Assembly: GCF_009834535.1 (NCBI RefSeq)
Contig: NC_045696.1
Location: forward strand, 79,114,001-79,178,000
Length of the DNA stretch: 64,000 nucleotides
Direction: 5' to 3'
Source: Camelus ferus
Taxonomy: Eukaryota
The translations under genes were made by a program, and so were the position numbers. Below, piece after piece: positions 26,558 through 39,769 of the stretch. The notes beneath the pieces are model-generated. The model did no database searches, was not told the DNA's origin, and saw nothing but the letters and a program-made list of their open reading frames with translations. Position 1 is the stretch's first letter. Every line of letters starts with the position of its first letter.

Positions 26558-29518
26558 AATATGCTCATAAGAATATAAATATATATTTCCCCCAATATTC
26601 CTGACTATGACATTTCCCTGGAACAAAATACTCCAAACCCAAGAAAACACTTTAGTGGATAAAGAAGGCTCATCAAAGTGCTACCAGTGTGGAGGAGTGG
26701 GCAGCTTTCTCTGTCATTGTTGGCATCTGATTAAGAACAAAGAGCCAGTGTCCCATAGCATCTGTGGATGTTTGTTGTTCATGAGTAGTTTGTTGTTCAT
26801 AAGATGGATAATGCACATGTATTCATGGTATAGTATCAATTAGAAGCTGATGATGGTGTCCAATGAATAGTGAAATGGCCAAAATGGGAGAGACAAAGTC
26901 TAAATAATTAATCAAATGTATAGCTAGCTCCTGAATAACCCAAAGATGGCTACAGAAGGATAGTTAATTCTAAATCCATCTTGTTTCCCCTTGAAGGAAA
27001 CTAAAGAAAATCCATTTGAGAATCAAGGACACACAAGCCTGTACCATTCTTTTTTAATCTATCTAGCTAGCTAGCTCTATCCATCCATCTATCTAAACAA
27101 GCTCTCAAAAGCTTTTCGACTTTGTTGATTTGAACATCAAGCATAATAATACATTTTGATGTGCTTAATGTAGTGCATGAAGTGAAAGTCATATCCAGTC
27201 AACCTTTTAAGCCAATTGTTTTGTTTTAGGCTTCAAACCATGGGGGGGGGGGGGAGTGGGGGGGTCCAATAAGATGATCCAAGCTGTCACTTTAAAACAT
27301 TTAGAGATGCCTGATTCTAATTAAGCATATCAAGTCTGATGCCTGACTTCAGTGAGACAAAGGGTGCCATCAATTTGATAAGACTCCACTAAGCAGAGTT
27401 TAAAATTAATTCATAATTTCTTTTATGTTTGTCATGTGTTGTGAAAATGAACTGCCATTCAATTTTTCATAAGCCATGCATAAGCGGAAGATTTAATTTT
27501 AGGCAATGTTTTGGAAGGCCTGGGTAGTTTGGGGAGCAAATTATGATTCTATACTGTGATCTTCACATAATTGGAGCAGCAAGCAAAACTATCTGGCACT
27601 GCAGATATTGACATTCACTCTGGAAGTCTATACACATTTATACAGCTAGACAACTTCCACTATTTTCTCCCCATAATTAACCCCTGAAAGCTTCTCAAAA
27701 GCCCTTTATCAAACTGTACCCAGTGTAACATTTAAAACTTTTAAATAAATGTTCTATAATTATGGAAAATGGAGTAAGGATTGTGAAGTTTCAGCAGCAG
27801 TGAAAATAAATGGTGATCATTAAAGCAATTTCTAGTCAGTATTCAAATAATACAGTAGAAGTCAATATTTATTACTATAAATAAGCAGCCGGCTGGTTTC
27901 AAGAACACCCAGTTGACAAATGCAGACAGAGATTCAATAATCTTTAACTTTTTATGAGAATTTTGTTATTATCAAATATCATCTGGAGAGAAATTATAAG
28001 GCTACTTGATGAAATCAGGAAATAACAGCATATGATTATGGGAAGATCTCAAAGAATTTCAGATGAGCTATTGTCTCCCTATACACAGGTGATCTTAGAT
28101 AGGTTAGTCTCCCTCATTCTTGTTGTTGAGAGCTGGAGTAAAACATTCATTTGGAATTTAATTTTTTCAGATTAGCTTTTCAGAATGTCAAACCTGCAGT
28201 TTTATACAAGTGCTAAAAATTTCAGAACAAAACTCAGGAAAGACAAACTCATGCTGATAGAGTTAATGGCTTCCATTAATTCCTCCAATAAGAAGTATAA
28301 TGTATACTGTAGAACAGAATCCACAAGATACAACTATTGGAGTGTGAAATTGTTAAAGGTGATTTTAATTTATTCATGACTTTATTTTCTGTTTCTAGAA
28401 ACAGTGCTCAAAACAGAGGTTTCAATATATTTTAGTGGATTATACACAATGTACTTTTTGTTTAAGATCAAATAATCATTTTTGACTTGAAGATGCACTG
28501 AACCACTTTTTAAGAGCACTAAGATAAATATCATCCAGTTTCTTTCCAATGGCAAAAGTGGACTTGAGTGGATGCTTTAGGCAAAAGGAAGGCAAAAATG
28601 AAAACCAAAACCAAAAATAACCCAGTAATATTTTAAAGGTGACGCATGGCATGTTTCATAATTATTTGGGCAAAAATGCAAAGCAAGAATTTCACAGTCT
28701 ATTGAAATAAATTTAAAAATTTTTTTTTCATTTGTAATATCATTATAGTGAGACAAGACAAGTGGATACGAAAGCCAAATGTTAAAAACACGTTTCTGTC
28801 AGCTGTAAACCCTTATGTCTGTTTTGACAATCCTATGACACATATACAGACTGTCACAAAGGGAAAATCTTTCAGTTTCCTCTCAGGAAGATCATTATGA
28901 GCCTTTTTTATTGATTGCTTCCTGCGGTATGTATAATCCTCTTTGTGGTTTTGTGCTATCCAGGGAACCTGTTGTGTGTAAACAACCACAGGTGATTAGC
29001 GATCAATGAATGATTTTAACCTACAAGATAAATGCAATAGGACACGGACCTTCATGTTAAGGGCTGTTTAGTTTTCATTCCCTACAGATTTAACTTGATG
29101 CTTTTCAGCTGAAAGGAGAAGAACATGGAAAATCAATGTTACTGGTTGAGTCCAACACAGTTGAGCTCTACTTAGAACAGTTAGATGAATATTTCCAGCT
29201 GAAATTTTGAGTTACATCGTGGATAGTCATTTTTCTAGTATGTGCATATTTGGCATTTTGAGGTATGTTTTTTACAAAATATTCTGCTAATAATTCATTT
29301 CTCTAAGCCCATTATGCATAACCCACATAATGTTTCTCTAACTTGAAGAAAAGTGAAGTAAGGCACAAAAAAGATCTAAGGTCAAAGTTACTTAATTGTC
29401 AAGATTAAATAGACGGTGTTTATATGAAGAACCAAAGACACTGTCACAATTTTATCACTTATGAGGACATAGAATCTAAAACTCTTGGAGCTGAAAGAGA
29501 TCTTATAGATTACCTACT

Positions 29519-30002
29519 GCAAAAGTTTTCAATATGACTGACCAATGGAATTACTGGTCAGCTTTTCAAATATAAATATTTCTGGGCTGTTTCTTCCAGA
29601 TATACTCAATCAGAGCCTGTGGAGACCTGGAAATCTGAATTTTTAAAAGGTCCTCAGATAGAGATATATTAAGAAGAAAATGCAATATGTATAACAGTAT
29701 CATAAATAAATCTATTTCAGCAAAAAAAAGATTTAAAGTATTTATATATACATTTTTCCATGTGCTACACAAATACATACATACATTGCATATTTCTGGA
29801 CGCATACAAAAACTATTTACATTAATCCTTTCTTGGAAAAAGATTTCGAGTCTAGGTGAGGGAATAGATTTATTCTGTTTATCTTACAACTTTTCGGTTT
29901 GGCTTGAGTTTTCTTTGTGTTTAGTATTGCTTAAAAAAAAATCAACTTTTAAAATAGGTTCATCTGGCTATTGTGTTGATCAGCCAAATTTACAAAACAC
30001 TG
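29519..30002. mobile_element. MER5-like hAT MITE apparently split by an old L1 3' fragment (about 29660-29955)
   Basis: ccagatatactcaatcagagcctgtggagacctggaaatctgaatttttaaaagg ... gatcagccaaatttacaaaacactg. Confidence 0.5.
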
Positions 30003-30332
30003 ATTTACTCATTTCATCAGATAGAAAGTTGTGTGGGGTGCAGATCACCATCCCTAAACCCTGCTCTTATGATGTCCTTTATAGGACATCTGACACCAAT
30101 TACTAATGCTGGAAGCTCCTGACATGACACTTCTTCTCAATACCTCTCTCTGTAGGACTTGATCAAATGGGATACAGAACAGAGAAAAAGGGGTAGGAGG
30201 CTCCCCGAATCCGGAAAGTGTTCTAGTCCTCCTGACAAACTATAGCACTGGAGAAGGCGAGCTAATGACTAACGACTCACTGATCTTATCTGTCACAGCC
30301 TGGAACAGCATACTCAGAGGTTGCTACCAGCA

Positions 30333-30720
30333 GTATCAGTCAAATGGGCTGTTACGCTGCAGTCTCAAAGAACTCCAAAGCCTCAGTGGTTTAACACAGC
30401 AAACAAGTGTTTGCTGGTCGCTGTGCATGTCCCACACAGACCAGCAAAGGACCCGCTGGTTCTAGTAACTCAGCCACCCAAACTGCGGTTCTGGGGGAAT
30501 TACGTGCTCCTGTGCTCAGCAGGCCGTAAAGATGGATAGGATTGTAGTAATTATAGTTTAGCTCTTAAGTTTTCTGCTCTTGAGGAACACCTGCTTACAT
30601 TTAATCTGTTAAAACTGTCCAAATGGCCACACCTACCCTCAAGGGACCGAGGAGGCAATTCTACTCTGAGCTTGGAAAGAGAACTGGATTTCTTGTGAGT
30701 AGCACTAGTGACCACTCAGC
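30333..30720 (-). mobile_element. Old MaLR LTR (MLT1I/L-like)
   Basis: gttacgctgcagtctcaaagaactccaaagcctcagtggtttaacacagcaaac ... aaatggccacacctaccctcaaggga. Confidence 0.65.
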
Positions 30721-31930
30721 TACATTCAAAACACGATGCAGTTTTTCCTCTGCTTTCCATGCTAGAAAGTACACTCTTGGAGGATAAGCACCTTCTCTTA
30801 ATCATTGTTGCATCCCCAGTGTTTGACAGTAGATACTCAATAAATATTTGAAAACGTCATGACCAATTTATGTTTTAGTGTTATATTTACCTAATATTAA
30901 CCCTAGAAGTATTATTTTTAACATCAGAACAACTATATTATTGGGTCATATTTATAAATTTTGAAATGTTAACAAAGCATCTGGCATTCACTTTGTGAAA
31001 TATAAACACTAACATACACCTTCTTACATAATTGAACAGAACAATTACATTTTTTAATGGAAGACATTTGCCTCTACTGCCCTATCTTAGGCTAATTGCA
31101 CTTGGACAATACCCCAACACTTTAGATATAAATAAACAGCTCCAGGTGGTATAGAATCACTTGTCGAGTATAGCAGCTATTAGCGGGTCATGTCTAACAA
31201 TTGCTTCCTAAGTGATATGGTAAAGATAAGAGAAGTTATAGATTATATGCTTTCTTCTGCATACTAGCCCTGTCCTCTTCCTTTGTTTTTTAATTAAATG
31301 AAAAAATTTATAAACTTTGGATATTTAATTCTCAGCAGTAATAAGTCACTTGTAATACATAAATCTGATCAAGGTACACCTGCTGTTTGCTAATCATCAT
31401 TGAGAACTGGGCTCAGTGATAAATCATGTCTTCCCATTAGAGCCTCCACTAAAGTTCATGAAGTCTATTGATTTTTGTCCTCTGAGGGAGCCAGAATCTT
31501 TGTTTCATTTGTACATACCACAACACCTCACATTTGATAGGTGAATTATCTCATAAACTTAGTAAACAAGACTCAGCTTACAATTAAGAAAGAAACAAAA
31601 AAGGCACTGAGCAGCTAAGATAGTCACAGAAGACATTAACTGAAGATTATGGGCTCATAACTAATAGCTCATGCCCTTACTTAGAGCCAATGTATCCTAA
31701 ATTTGGTCATTCTTCTACAGTCTTGATGGTCTTGCTGCTCATTAAATGGTCTGGGAGCTGCAGTATGGAATCAGAGGAAGCAGATGGGAAAGGAAAGGAA
31801 TAAAGTTACTAGTTCCGTAATTTGAAATTTTGTGTTTACAAGGTAATTCAGAAAACTTGTATTATATTTCCATGTGTGTACATGTCTTTGTGTCCATATG
31901 ATTTTTATTTTACATGATTATGCATGACAT

Positions 31931-32438
31931 TGTGAATAACAATATTGTCAGCCATATCAGTAAACAAAGAATGTTGTGGCCATCAAGTCATCACCCGCTA
32001 CTGTCACCCTCAACGGTGAGCAAGGGAACTCAGGATGCAGACAATCAGGCAGCCCAGCCTCTGCTGCCAGCCTCCACAGTGCCCTCTGAAGGAGCTCAGG
32101 ATGTGGACGAACAGTATACTAGCCCTAGATAGCTAAGTGCATATCAAAGGAATGATTTCAGTGAGCCCAGAACTTTGCACCTTCCCATATATAGAAAAGT
32201 GGTAAATTCTTTAACTTGAGATATCTGGTTTTCTTTAATTAACAGTAATCTTTTGACATTCCAACTACCTGGTCTTTGTTGCAAAAACTCATATATCCTG
32301 GCTTCTACCTTGCCACTTTGGAGCAGTCCTTCCGAGCAATCTGAGAGGCTGTCATCCCGGTCTTAAGTCCTCAGAATGTACCACCGAATAAAACATTAAC
32401 TCTCAGCTTTTAGGATGTACATTTTATTTCAGTCGACA
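31931..32438 (+). mobile_element. ERV1-class solo LTR (cetartiodactyl MER41-like family), copy 1
   Basis: TG...CA termini (tgtgaataac ... agtcgaca), tatatc TATA-like box and ccgaataaaac poly(A) signal. Colinear with the copy at 39770-40725. No clear TSD. Confidence 0.9.
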
Positions 32439-33821
32439 CTACTTCAGGGGAAAATATTATTTTATTTCTCTTACACTTCTAAACAATTTAAATAAATATA
32501 TGAATTCAAGACAGAAAGAGTAAAACTAGAATCACTTCAAAGTCCTCCAATTTGTTAATCTACTCACTGCCAAACACATGAGAGTGGATGGTGAAGCAAA
32601 GGTACCAATGTTAGAGTAAAAAACTAAGGCAGGAAAGTCTTCCTTTTTGGGCTATGATGTTATAAACATGGTAGTACAACAAAACAGGGCTTATACCATA
32701 AGACTTAAAAGAATGATAGAATCAATACGCTGATTCATGAAAGCTTATGCAAGTTGCTTCATTAAAGGCCCTTTCTTTCAGCCTTGTGGTATCCTGTCAG
32801 CTGAGAATTTTAATTCAAAATTTGTGAAAACGCAACAATAAACTGCAATAATAATGTCTGCGGGCTGCCATCTGCCATTGTAATTCTGGTCATCCAAACA
32901 GATTCACAATGGTGTCACACTGCTTAGATGTAATTACCCTTATAATGCTAGAATAAATGAGAGAAATAATTTTTATAGTTTTTATTAACTTGAAATGTCT
33001 AAACCCATAGTGTAGGAACCTGAAATAATGCAAATTAAACACACTGCAATAAACATGAAATGCATGGTACTTATGAGGAAGTGTAGGAGGTAGACACCTA
33101 TATGGCCATGCTTAGGATGAAAAATGGTGTCCTTAAGGGGAAAGCAGGTGTAGAGACTGGATTTATAAACTACAAAACCAGAATAAGTGTTTGAAACATA
33201 AAAATATATATATATAAAATCCGACCACTCACTCCTAGCCTATTTTGTGAGAGCTGTTACATGGGATTCTAGATCTGGTTTTTGCCTTAAGACGTCAGAT
33301 AGCCCAGCTAGTGTTTGAGCAGACACAGAGAAGAATAAAATGCACTGACTATCTATCACAAGTTAGAACAGTACTCTCAAAACTTGATTCACTTATAAAA
33401 CTTACTATATTTATACTTCACAACAAATCTATGAGGTTGATGTGATTACCCCCATTCAATGTATAAGACAGATTGAGTATCTTACCCAGGAATTTGAATC
33501 AAAATTCATGTTCTTTTGATTATAACATATAGCCTGAAGAAGAACAACTTTTTTCTTTAAAAATGAAATTTCCAGAACCATCCTTTCAACACAGCCCTCT
33601 GTTTAGAAAGTGTTCTCTCAAGAAAATATTTCTTGCAATTAAGTCTTTAATCATCTTGATGGCTGAAGTTACCAGTTTTATTGATACAAACGAGTATGTT
33701 TAGCCTTAAAAGAAACCTGAAAAAAGTCCGTCAAAGGAGGTTCATATTTTGGAAAAAAGGGAAATAGATGTCTCCTCTGTTAAAAGTAATTTTGGAAGAG
33801 TTAAAAACCAATGTCTTAGAT

Positions 33822-34132
33822 CAAGATTTGGCAAATTTTTACTGCAAAGTTCGAGATATTAAACGCTTCAGTTTTGAGAGCCATAGGGTCTCTGTTTCCA
33901 CTACTCAATGTGGCCATTGTGGCATGAAAGCAGCCACAAGTGATAAGTGAACAGGGCTGTGTTTGTTTATGAACATTGAAATTTGAATTTCATAATTTTT
34001 GTGTCTTGAAGAATTTTTCATTTGATTTTTTTTCAATCATCTAAAATATAAAAAATATTCTTAGCTTGAGGGTCAGACACAAATAAGCAGCATACTGGAT
34101 TTGACCTATGGGCTGCAGTTTGCTGACGCTTG
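33822..34132 (-). mobile_element. MER58B-like hAT MITE, opposite orientation to the 16279 copy
   Basis: Perfect 8-bp TSD tcttagat at 33814-33821 and 34133-34140. Termini caagatttggcaaa ... tttgctgacgcttg. Confidence 0.92.
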
Positions 34133-36883
34133 TCTTAGATGACCCTGCTCTTAAAATTCTCATGCCAGTTGCAAGTGAAAATAATAAATGTTTGGAAAAA
34201 AATAAAAATAACATAAAAGAGGAAACTATTCCTTTTAAAGGGTTAATATTAATGCAAAGAGCCAAAAAGCTTTACAAATAAATGATAATTTTGCATAAAA
34301 GAATCCATGTCTACAAGAAATTTTGGCAACTAGCTCAATATTTTCCATTAGGTATTACCTTTGAAAATATATTTAAGAATTTTAAACTAGCTCAGAATAG
34401 CACTTCTGAAGTCTTTGTTCATAGGGATTGCTATGTCTTTGGAATTCATAAAAATCTGTATTAGTTACCATCTTCCCTCATAGTATAACTCAATATTTCA
34501 TTTTAGTTTACAAATTCTAATAACGTTTGTGCCCTGGTTACTAAAAACACCCAAAAAACAACGACAAAAAAGGAAAACAAAACAAAAATCACCTTAATGG
34601 AAAATGAGGGGTGGGAACGAGAGGCAATGTAGACGCCATGGTTTCATAATAGAGGGACCAGCCACTCTGAACTTCAAGGGGCTGGAACTTGGCTGACTTT
34701 GTGGAAGAGTAGCTTTATTGGATTTTTCTTTTCTCCTGGGTTCCAATAAACTAGCATCTATTGACCTTCAGGGCAAGTAGAAAATCCATAGTTTCATGCT
34801 GGACTGCATAAAAGTAAAGTTTCAGATTGGGCTTTTATTATTGATTCAAGTCCCAAGATTTTAAGTAAGAATTGTTGTCTCATTCACTAAGATGCAGCTA
34901 ACCTCCTATCTCTGACATATTTTTTTAGCTGTATGAGCTTAGGCAAGTCTCTTAACTTCTTTAAGCCTCAGATGGTTTAACTGTAAATTAAGCTGACATG
35001 AGCAAGATCATGAAAGGCTACAGAACTAGTCTGGATTTGAGCAAGATGACGAAGGTCTGAATTAAGGCAGTGGAATTAAAAAGGAAAAGATGTTAAATTT
35101 GTCAGAAGGAGAGAACTTAGGACAGAATTTAAGAGTGATGGCTGGTCTGAAAAGCTAGCTTGGTTTGTGAATAATGGAGGGGTCTAGAAGAGACCACATA
35201 ACCACTTAGCCTCAATTTCTTCATTTATATAATGGAGATAACAAGACCTCACAAGATTGCCATGAGCACCTAATTAAATCCTGAAAATAAAATACCTAGA
35301 ACGAAGACTGACCATCAGTTGTCACTAAATGCTCTTTTATTTGCCACAGACATGCATAATCTCTTATTTCTTTAAAGAGACATTTCTGCATTTGAAAAAT
35401 CAACCTCACCAGATATTTAAATAACAACATGCAGGTGGCAAAGCTATGGACTCAACCTGCTCTATGATTTGATCCTTGCCCAAAGGTTAGTTTTCAGATC
35501 AAGGCTGATCCATCAAGAGGTCTTCTGAGAAAACAATTTGAGAATAAAAATCTTGTTTTTAATCAAAAGCAAGAAAATTATGCCTTATTTACAGAATATG
35601 GTTTTCCAGGATATACAAGATAAAGGGGAAATCTTATCTGCTAGGAATAAAGTGTACAATGTGATCTCTGTTGCAGAAAAGGGCCAGAAAGCTAAGTAGT
35701 CAAACAAGAAGTGGATCATTACTCAAAATAATTCTTGTCCTTCATTTAAAAAAAAATCTCTATTTGAGTTTTATCACAATATAATTCTTATAATTCAAAC
35801 GTAAATCTTTACTATTTACATTTTCTTGCAACCTCTTCATAAAACAACAAAGTGGAAAGCTCAACTTAGATATTTTTTGGTTTACCTGCAACAGAATGTA
35901 AACCATTCATTTTTTTTTTTCCCCGACTCTGGTAAATTGTAAGATGCATTTAAAACTGTTCATTTATACATAGTTGTTTAACTTGTGCATATGTTTTTTC
36001 CTTTAATGATATTATAAATTCTTGGAGAATGATCCAATGTCTTCCACACCTCCCCTTGACACTGATAGTAGCGTTGTGTATTGTTCAGGTGTTAAACGTT
36101 TCTCCTCCAATGAATGAAGCATTTATTTATTATATTGTTATTTAGTAAATCATTCTTACTCAATTACAATATACATTTATAAAAAGGACACTGGGATGAC
36201 AAATATCTTAAGAAAATCTGTCAAAACCAACCAAGCCTTTGAGATTTGGTAAAATAGATGAGATGAACATTTATGGAGCACACTAAGAGTCTGCTTGATG
36301 TTATTCAGAAATAACCTAGTCATTGCCTAATGGGATTTGTGTCTACATTAAGGGAAAGTAAATAAAATATCACAAGAAAGCTCCATTGATTTATCTGATA
36401 GTAATTATCATCTCATCATATGTTTCTGAAAGAGGAAATAGAAAAGGCCAGAAGGAGCAATAACTAATTACATCAGATCTGACTCCTCCTAAAGTGCTTG
36501 GGGTCCTCCCAAGCACCAGTGGGTCTGAGTCACTTGTAATTTTGTGCCAAACTAAATAAACTGTCTCCGATGCCTGCTATCTTTATTCAACTCCCAAGAC
36601 AGCCATTTTCCTACTGTTGCTCATTGCTTCCTTTCTCCAATGCACTGTCTTTAAAATCCCCGTCTATAGTCATCAAATTCCCTTAATCCACAGTTCCTTT
36701 TAACTTCTGACCATAATTGAAATGTGGTTTATTGTGAAGTGTTTTGCTAATGGAGGTTCATTTTAATTTACTTGCCAGTCCAGTGGTGGGAAGCATGTCC
36801 CTTCTCTGCACCACGGGGCTTCCAAACCACTACTTTTCTAAGCTTCTTTCTCCTGCCATTAACTGAACTTCTAGTCTCTACAT

Positions 36884-37440
36884 TGCTAGGCAGTTAGATA
36901 CGTGGGGGCGCTGGGCAGATAAGGTGGAAGACAGGAAGGATGGTCCGGAAGATGGCAATGTGCACACTTTCAGCATAAGGGGCTTTATCTCCTCTAAACG
37001 AGTGCCAGCAAGAGACCAATTAGACAGGACTGGATGGCTGCGACTGCACGGTCACAACAAGTACCTAACTGGACACGACCCAATGCTCATTGTAATATAA
37101 CTAGCATTGCGGTTTAGGCCCACAATCCCCTGTGGGCTTTTCCGTGTGCATCATAGGTAAGGCACGTACAAAAGGGGATGGGCATGACCAAGCACACCAG
37201 CAGCAAGAGCCGTTGGTCAATCAAGAGACCACCGCTAAGCAAGGGTATAAGGCAAGGACACTTATACCTTGCTGTCCACTCTTGCATCGGCCCACCACCT
37301 GCTCTTGGAGGTGTACTTTTGCTTTGCTAATAAAAATCTTTAAAATCTTCCACTGCACAATGCTGTTGTCTCCCACATGAATTCTTCTCTTTTGGGCAAG
37401 ACAAGAACAGGCTTTCTTCCTTCCCCGTTTTGGGGTAACA
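36884..37440 (+). mobile_element. ERV1-class solo LTR (different family, 557 bp)
   Basis: tgctagg ... gtaaca termini and 4-bp TSD acat/ccat. TATA at 37246, AATAAA at 37329-37334, and an ERV1-type U5 motif gaattcttctcttttgggcaagacaagaac. CpGs are retained. Confidence 0.85.
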
Positions 37441-38684
37441 CCATCAGTCACTAACAAGTTTGGCATCTGATTTATGTTCCTTTCTAATCCAAGTTCTAAG
37501 AGTGCCTTGGATGACTCTAACATTCCTTTGAATGTTTTATTTTTTTTGCCTTCTCATCTCTTTGCCCATTGATCCTTTCTTTTTCCATTTGATCATTCCA
37601 CGACTCCCAAGACACCATATTTTGGTCATCACTGGTATCTCTCCTTCTTGTTCCCAAGATTCCCTAGGCTTCCTCATTGTCTGTCCTTCTCAAGGTTTGG
37701 TTGTGTAGGACTTCCTGTGATTCTCTGAGGATCTTCTAATAAATGCCACTCTTACCCATCACACTAGCCACATTTATGCTCCTGTTAATCTCCTTTGATT
37801 TCAGATGGTATATACCAAAGGCAACTTAGCAGATACTCTCACACTTACATATGAGCTAAGCTTAACACAGCAGCTCCCTGAGCCAGTCGGTGTCTGAGGT
37901 GAGTCACATCTACCTGACTTGTCCTGCAGGTGCATCAGTCATTCCCTGGTCTTCAGCCAGTAATCTACCAGGTGGCCTTCGGGGGCACTAACTCATTCAT
38001 TTTCTTTAGCCCATAAGACATTTGACAAAACCATGACTCTAATCAAGGTTAACAAAGAAAAACTATCTTAGCAATTCCATCAGTTTAATCCTCTCCACCC
38101 CCTGCCACCACAACCCCAAAGAGTCTGTCCACACACCCAAACTTCAGTAACCATGGATGGTGTTACTATCTTAACAATTTTCTCCTGAACAATAATATTG
38201 GAGCCAATTTATTTCTTCATATTTTCTCCCAGATTTTACTTGCAGAAAACTATCACATTAAAAAAAATAATAATATGAACCTTCCTTTTCTCTCACAGAT
38301 TTCTTAGCAGAGGATGGGTTCATCTTCTGACTGAACACAGTTCACTGCTCTTCAGTATACTGGATCATAACATACCAGCTATTTTTCAACACATCTATAG
38401 TTTAGTAATAAATAATCAAAGTGACATAGAAAAAAGGAGTTATAGCCTAATTTATTTCTTATGAATCAACCTCTAAAAAATAAAACTAAGGACTAACCTA
38501 TTGTCACAATAACATAAATCAATTTGAACTAGTACCACTTTTTGCTTGGTAACTGTAAGAACAGGAAAACTCATACTAGTAACCGGTGAAAAAATAAATA
38601 ACTCATCTACCCTAAGTACCCACATGCTCGCTCAGACACAAGCACACTAAAAATCAAAACAAAACAAAAAGTACCCTCAGTTAA

Positions 38685-39560
38685 CAGAAACCCAATCCTC
38701 CCATTTGCTCAGGTGAAAAATCCTTGGGGTCACTCTGCCGGTTTTTCTGTCACATCTTTCATCCAAACTGTGAACAGATTATGTAGGCAGTACCTTCAGA
38801 GACGTCTAGAATCTTAACCCTTCTCATCACTTCAGTGCTGCTAGCCAAGCTACCATCGTGTCTCACTTGGATTATTACAGTGGTCTCTCAGGTGGTCACC
38901 TAAGTCCTCCATGCAGAAGTCAGAATGATCCTGTTAACCAGTAGGTCAGATCTTATCATAATATGTCCCCTCAAAACTTTCTATGCTTTCATTTCTTCTA
39001 TTCATGTGCAATAAAAGGTAAAACTCTTCAATGATCTTAAAGTCCCAGTGGTATCTGGCCTCCTATTTCTGACTCATCTCAGACCACTCATTTCTTTCCA
39101 GTCCCTCAGGGTTACTGATGCTCTCTGACCACAAGGGACATACTTCTGCCTCAGGGCCTTTGTGCTTGCTGTTTTCTTTGCCTGAAATGCTCTTTCTTAG
39201 ATATCCACAGGACTTGCTTCCCCATGTACGTCAAAATCTGTCTTTAAACATTCACATTTTGAAGACTTCCATGACCAACTCATGTTGAAAACACTGTATC
39301 CAGACCTCCCACACCCCTGCTCCCCTCCATACACCTTGTTCCACCTTCATGCTTTATTTTCCTCCAAAGCACTTCTCATCTGTAACAAGCTTAATTTGTT
39401 GTGTAATTATTGTGTTAGATTCTTGCTGACATTCCCTAAATAAAACATTGGCTCCATGCAGGTGGGAAATTTTGTTTGTTTGGTTTATTGATTTACCCTG
39501 AGCCCCTAGAATGATGCTAATAATTTAAGAGGTTCTCAATTAATATTTATTATCTGAATT
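38685..39560 (+). mobile_element. L2 (L2a-like) 3' portion
   Basis: ctaccatcgtgtctcacttggattattacagtggtctc; ctgcctcagggcctttgtgcttgctgttttctttgcctgaaatgctctt; L2-type end. Confidence 0.85.
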
Positions 39561-39769
39561 CATTTATTAATTCATCTATTGCAAGAAAACAGAATAGAGG
39601 CAATGAATGTAAAAAGGCCAGTATAGCTAAGCAATCATCGTGGTTGGAACCAGGCTCCACAAGTATACTGAAATAAATACTAGGAAGTTATAACAATAAA
39701 TAGTTTCATGGTGTTTTATCATTTATAAAACACCTTTGCATACATACACTCCCTCTCTCCTTAACCAGA

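Noticed and set aside
29687..30106. Longest ORF in the window (139 aa)
   Set aside because: Runs through decayed L1 and MER5 sequence with AT-driven composition and no recognisable domain.
36494..36516. 9-bp perfect hairpin gtgcttggg-gtcct-cccaagcac
   Set aside because: Too short for a pre-miRNA, expected by chance in 64 kb, and without supporting context.
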